A stretch of 24,554 nt of DNA. Origin: a virus. Its lineage: Duplodnaviria > Heunggongvirae > Uroviricota > Caudoviricetes. Below are positions 24,553-24,554 of this stretch, in pieces. The notes under the pieces were generated by a model. It was not told where the DNA came from. It saw only the letters and a program-made list of their open reading frames with translations, and searched no databases. The first letter of the stretch is position 1; each line of letters begins with the position of its first letter. Where the stretch lies: positions 64,001 to 88,554 of the IMG/VR virus record IMGVR_UViG_3300032116_000094; one strand, given 5' to 3'. The position numbers and the translations under genes are program-made.

Positions 24553-24554
24553 TG

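Noticed and set aside
23914-24554. Possible CRISPR array or non-coding repeat
   Set aside because: The period is a strict 9 bp, there are no unique spacers, and variation is synonymous within an open frame.
1-24554. Stop-codon reassignment, since no accepted CDS ends in TAG
   Set aside because: Genes are intact under the standard code with no TAG-broken frames; low GC explains the TAA/TGA preference. The whole genome would be needed to test this further.

Overview
This AT-rich, densely packed window looks like part of a large (jumbo-type) tailed bacteriophage genome, most likely infecting Bacteroidota. The host evidence is a Bacteroidota-style sigma70, TAnnTTTG promoter elements, A-rich SD-less starts and SprB-like repeats. 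From left to right: (i) 1-4145, minus-strand hypothetical, membrane and lysis-like genes, including an Amidase_2 homolog and an overlapped spanin-like pair; (ii) 4209-12311, a minus-strand transcription/recombination/replication block (sigma factor, SbcC/Rad50, SbcD/Mre11, PD-(D/E)XK nuclease, primase, RuvC-like resolvase); (iii) 12363-18914, minus-strand virion-type genes with SprB-like repeats, Cys-rich modules and Pro-Thr linkers; (iv) 19031-23434, a plus-strand glycosylation island (GT9-like enzyme, three-domain GT-A/GT4/TibC-Aah-like protein O-glycosyltransferase, DUF6165-like protein); (v) 23470 to the window end, a minus-strand fibre gene with at least 71 uninterrupted Gly-Ser/Thr-Ser triplets ending in a DUF2190/cement-like domain. 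The most interesting candidate system is phage-encoded O-glycosylation of virion proteins, with a TibC-family enzyme sitting between Ser/Thr-rich fibre genes. All family calls come from recalled motifs, not database searches. Several ORF-track starts were corrected, and two real CDSs missing or truncated in the track (1-355 and 23470-24552) were read by hand. No tRNA, rRNA, CRISPR array or mobile element was seen.
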